DNA from: an uncultured Christensenellaceae bacterium
Lineage (GTDB): Bacteria; Bacillota; Clostridia; Christensenellales; UBA3700
Reading direction: 5' to 3'
DNA length: 64,000 nucleotides
Assembly (NCBI GenBank): GCA_963931165.1
Contig: OZ006985.1
Span: 975,900-1,039,899 of the forward strand
The position numbers were made by a program, and so were the translations under genes. This document shows positions 62,266 to 64,000 of the stretch, piece by piece (position 1 is the first letter of the stretch; every line of letters begins with the position of its first letter). A model generated the notes under the pieces. That model was not told the origin of the DNA. It did no database searches and saw only the letters and a program-made list of their open reading frames with translations.

Positions 62266-64000
62266 TCAGGCGTTGAATTTGAGAGTGAAGTCCAACGTGT
62301 GGATCTTGCCGGGCAAGATGTCGTATTGCGGCTTTGTGCACGCCATCGCCGGGGTGTCGCCGCCGACGCCGCGCTGTTTGCCGTCCACGCAGACGGTGAG
62401 CGCGTTTTCTCTTCCGAGTTCGTGCAGATGCTGTGCGTTTTGCAACATCTCATAGGTGTAGGGGTGGACGGTCATCTCGAACGGCTTGCCGACCGCGCGG
62501 AGCGTCACTCCCTCTTTGTCGCCGACCGAGGCGTATCTCACGCCGGTGTGGTTGCCGTTCTCTTGGGGGTAGAGGTAGTCGTGGATCATCTCTTCCGCCT
62601 TGCCCGACCAAACGCCGAGTTCCGCACCCGTCGCGCGGTCGCAATAATTCTCGTGCGGACCTTTGCCGTACAGCGACACGCCGTCGATGCCCTCGGCGAG
62701 ACGGAAGGTGAAGCCGTAGCGTTCCATGCTGCACTTGACGTTCAGCGACATCGCGAGACGGACGGAGCCGTCGCCCGAGAAGGTGTAGGTGGTCTTGAGA
62801 TGTTTGGTGTGCGGCATCGACCAGCAGATCTCCGCGGTGACGACGCCGTCGTTCTCAAAGACGTTGACGCTCTTTGCGCGCAGTCTCTTTTGAGCGCGGA
62901 TGCCCTTGTCCTTGCCCATGAACAGCGTGGAGATGATGCTCGGCACTTGGGGCAGAGCGTCGTTGTCGATCGTCGCGCGAGCGAAGTTGGGGCGTATCGG
63001 CGCGGAGAGCAATTCTTTGCCGCCGGCGACCGCCGAGGTGATGTAGCCGTTGCTGCCGAGCGAATAGGAGACGTCGCCCGCAGTGATCGTCCAGCCGCCG
63101 CTGACCGAGGTGCATTGAACGCCTTTTGTAAACACGGGCGCCGAAAAATCGAACGGCTTGACGACGAATTGACCCGTCGCTGCGACGTGCCCCGCCTTGG
63201 CGTAGGGCATGTCCTTTGTCGTCAGCAGACGGACGTTGAGGACGACCTCTTTCCCGTCAGGGAAGTCGCACTTTTCGGGGAGCGGCACTTGCGCCTTCTC
63301 GCCGGGAGCGCACTTGACGACGCTCGTCTTGCTTGCCAATTCCTCACCTTCGGCGACATAGGAGACGACCGTCTCATATTCGTCGAGGTCGGTGAAGTTG
63401 TGCCGGTTGGTGACGGTCAATTTGCCGTCTTCATACTCAAAGCCCGCCTTCGCGTATTGATACTTGACTTCATACAGCGCCGGGTTGGGGGAGCGGTCGC
63501 CGCGGACGATGCCGTTGAACGCAAACCTGCCTGCATTGGGCTTGTCGCCGAAGTCGCCGCCGTACAGCCACGCGTCCTTGCCGTCGATCTCGCGGTGGAT
63601 TGCCTGGTCGGCGAAGTCCCAGATGAAGCCGCCGGCGAGGCGGTCGTATTTGCGGAACATGTCCCAATAGTCGGAGAAGTCGCCGAGAGCGTTGCCCATG
63701 CAATGCGCATATTCGCATTGTATGAAGGGCAGGTCGCGGTACATGTCGGGCGTGTATTTGCTGCCGAGCGGCGACCAGAGCGCAAGGCAGTGGCGCATCG
63801 GCTTGTTCTCGCCGATGATCGGCATCTTTTCGACGTGGGAATACATCTCGCTCAGCACGTCGCCGACCTTGCCCGATTGGTCGGGCTCGTAGTGGATGAA
63901 GCGCGAAGTGTCGCGCGCCAAGACCGCCTCGCGCATGACGAAGAAGTCTTTGCCGAAGCCCGCCTCGTTGCCCAGCGACCAGCTGATGATGCAGGGGTGG
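62266..64000 (-). CDS. lacZ: Beta-galactosidase (GH2, LacZ-type), C-terminal ~577 aa; the 5' end lies outside the window
   Basis: The reading frame continues to the window edge through HPCIISWSLGNEAGFG (GH2 acid/base region). Also has the YAHCMGN nucleophile region and a C-terminal Bgal small-chain-like domain. Confidence 0.85.
   Translation of the reverse strand, partial: HPCIISWSLGNEAGFGKDFFVMREAVLARDTSRFIHYEPDQSGKVGDVLSEMYSHVEKMPIIGENKPMRHCLALWSPLGSKYTPDMYRDLPFIQCEYAHCMGNALGDFSDYWDMFRKYDRLAGGFIWDFADQAIHREIDGKDAWLYGGDFGDKPNAGRFAFNGIVRGDRSPNPALYEVKYQYAKAGFEYEDGKLTVTNRHNFTDLDEYETVVSYVAEGEELASKTSVVKCAPGEKAQVPLPEKCDFPDGKEVVLNVRLLTTKDMPYAKAGHVAATGQFVVKPFDFSAPVFTKGVQCTSVSGGWTITAGDVSYSLGSNGYITSAVAGGKELLSAPIRPNFARATIDNDALPQVPSIISTLFMGKDKGIRAQKRLRAKSVNVFENDGVVTAEICWSMPHTKHLKTTYTFSGDGSVRLAMSLNVKCSMERYGFTFRLAEGIDGVSLYGKGPHENYCDRATGAELGVWSGKAEEMIHDYLYPQENGNHTGVRYASVGDKEGVTLRAVGKPFEMTVHPYTYEMLQNAQHLHELGRENALTVCVDGKQRGVGGDTPAMACTKPQYDILPGKIHTLDFTLKFNA

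Noticed and set aside
1-64000. Looked for rRNA, tRNA, tmRNA, CRISPR repeats, IS elements or transposases, integrases, phage genes, toxin-antitoxin pairs and known riboswitches (T-box upstream of serC/thrC, and similar).
   Set aside because: I recognised none. Intergenic spacers are short and fully accounted for by promoters and terminators, and no spaced direct-repeat arrays or terminal inverted repeats were seen. This was a by-eye survey, so short or degenerate elements could have been missed.

Overview
GC-rich chromosomal core segment, most consistent with an endospore-forming Firmicute of the Clostridia type. Supporting markers are spoIVA, ylbJ, the Prp-processed L27 operon and the rpmF-plsX-rnc-smc-ftsY backbone. 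I call 58 protein-coding genes, two of them below the 60-aa cutoff of the ORF track. Most lie on the + strand and are tightly packed, often with 4-nt ATGA/GTGA start-stop overlaps. Functions are mainly housekeeping: translation (rpmF, rpmE, rplU-prp-rpmA, prfA, prmC, der, RNase J, trmR-trhP, tmcAL), central metabolism (pta-ackA, aconitase, Re-citrate-synthase-like enzyme, GTP-PEPCK, serA-serC, thrC, galU), envelope and lipid genes, and anaerobe-specific functions ([FeFe]-hydrogenase, flavodiiron protein, Cys-type sulfatase with its radical-SAM maturase). I saw no rRNA, tRNA, CRISPR array, transposase, integrase or prophage. Intergenic regions are short AT-rich islands carrying near-consensus sigma-A promoters and clear hairpin terminators. 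The items most worth a second look are listed here. (1) An 88-aa stand-alone protein carrying the NrdD-type glycyl-radical C-terminal motif, placed between a Crp/Fnr regulator and a flavodiiron protein. (2) A convergent pair of unannotated six-cysteine micro-proteins just downstream of spoIVA, preceded by a 16-nt direct repeat with 20-nt period. (3) A recurrent 17-20-nt motif (ACACGGGCACGAAAAATC-like) seen at four loci. (4) BioY fused to what looks like a decayed BioB N-terminal fragment, behind a BirA-type operator. (5) A class of apparently leaderless genes with identical promoter-ATG geometry. (6) An RsmD-CoaD translational fusion. All homology statements come from reading the translations and from memory of family motifs; no searches were run.
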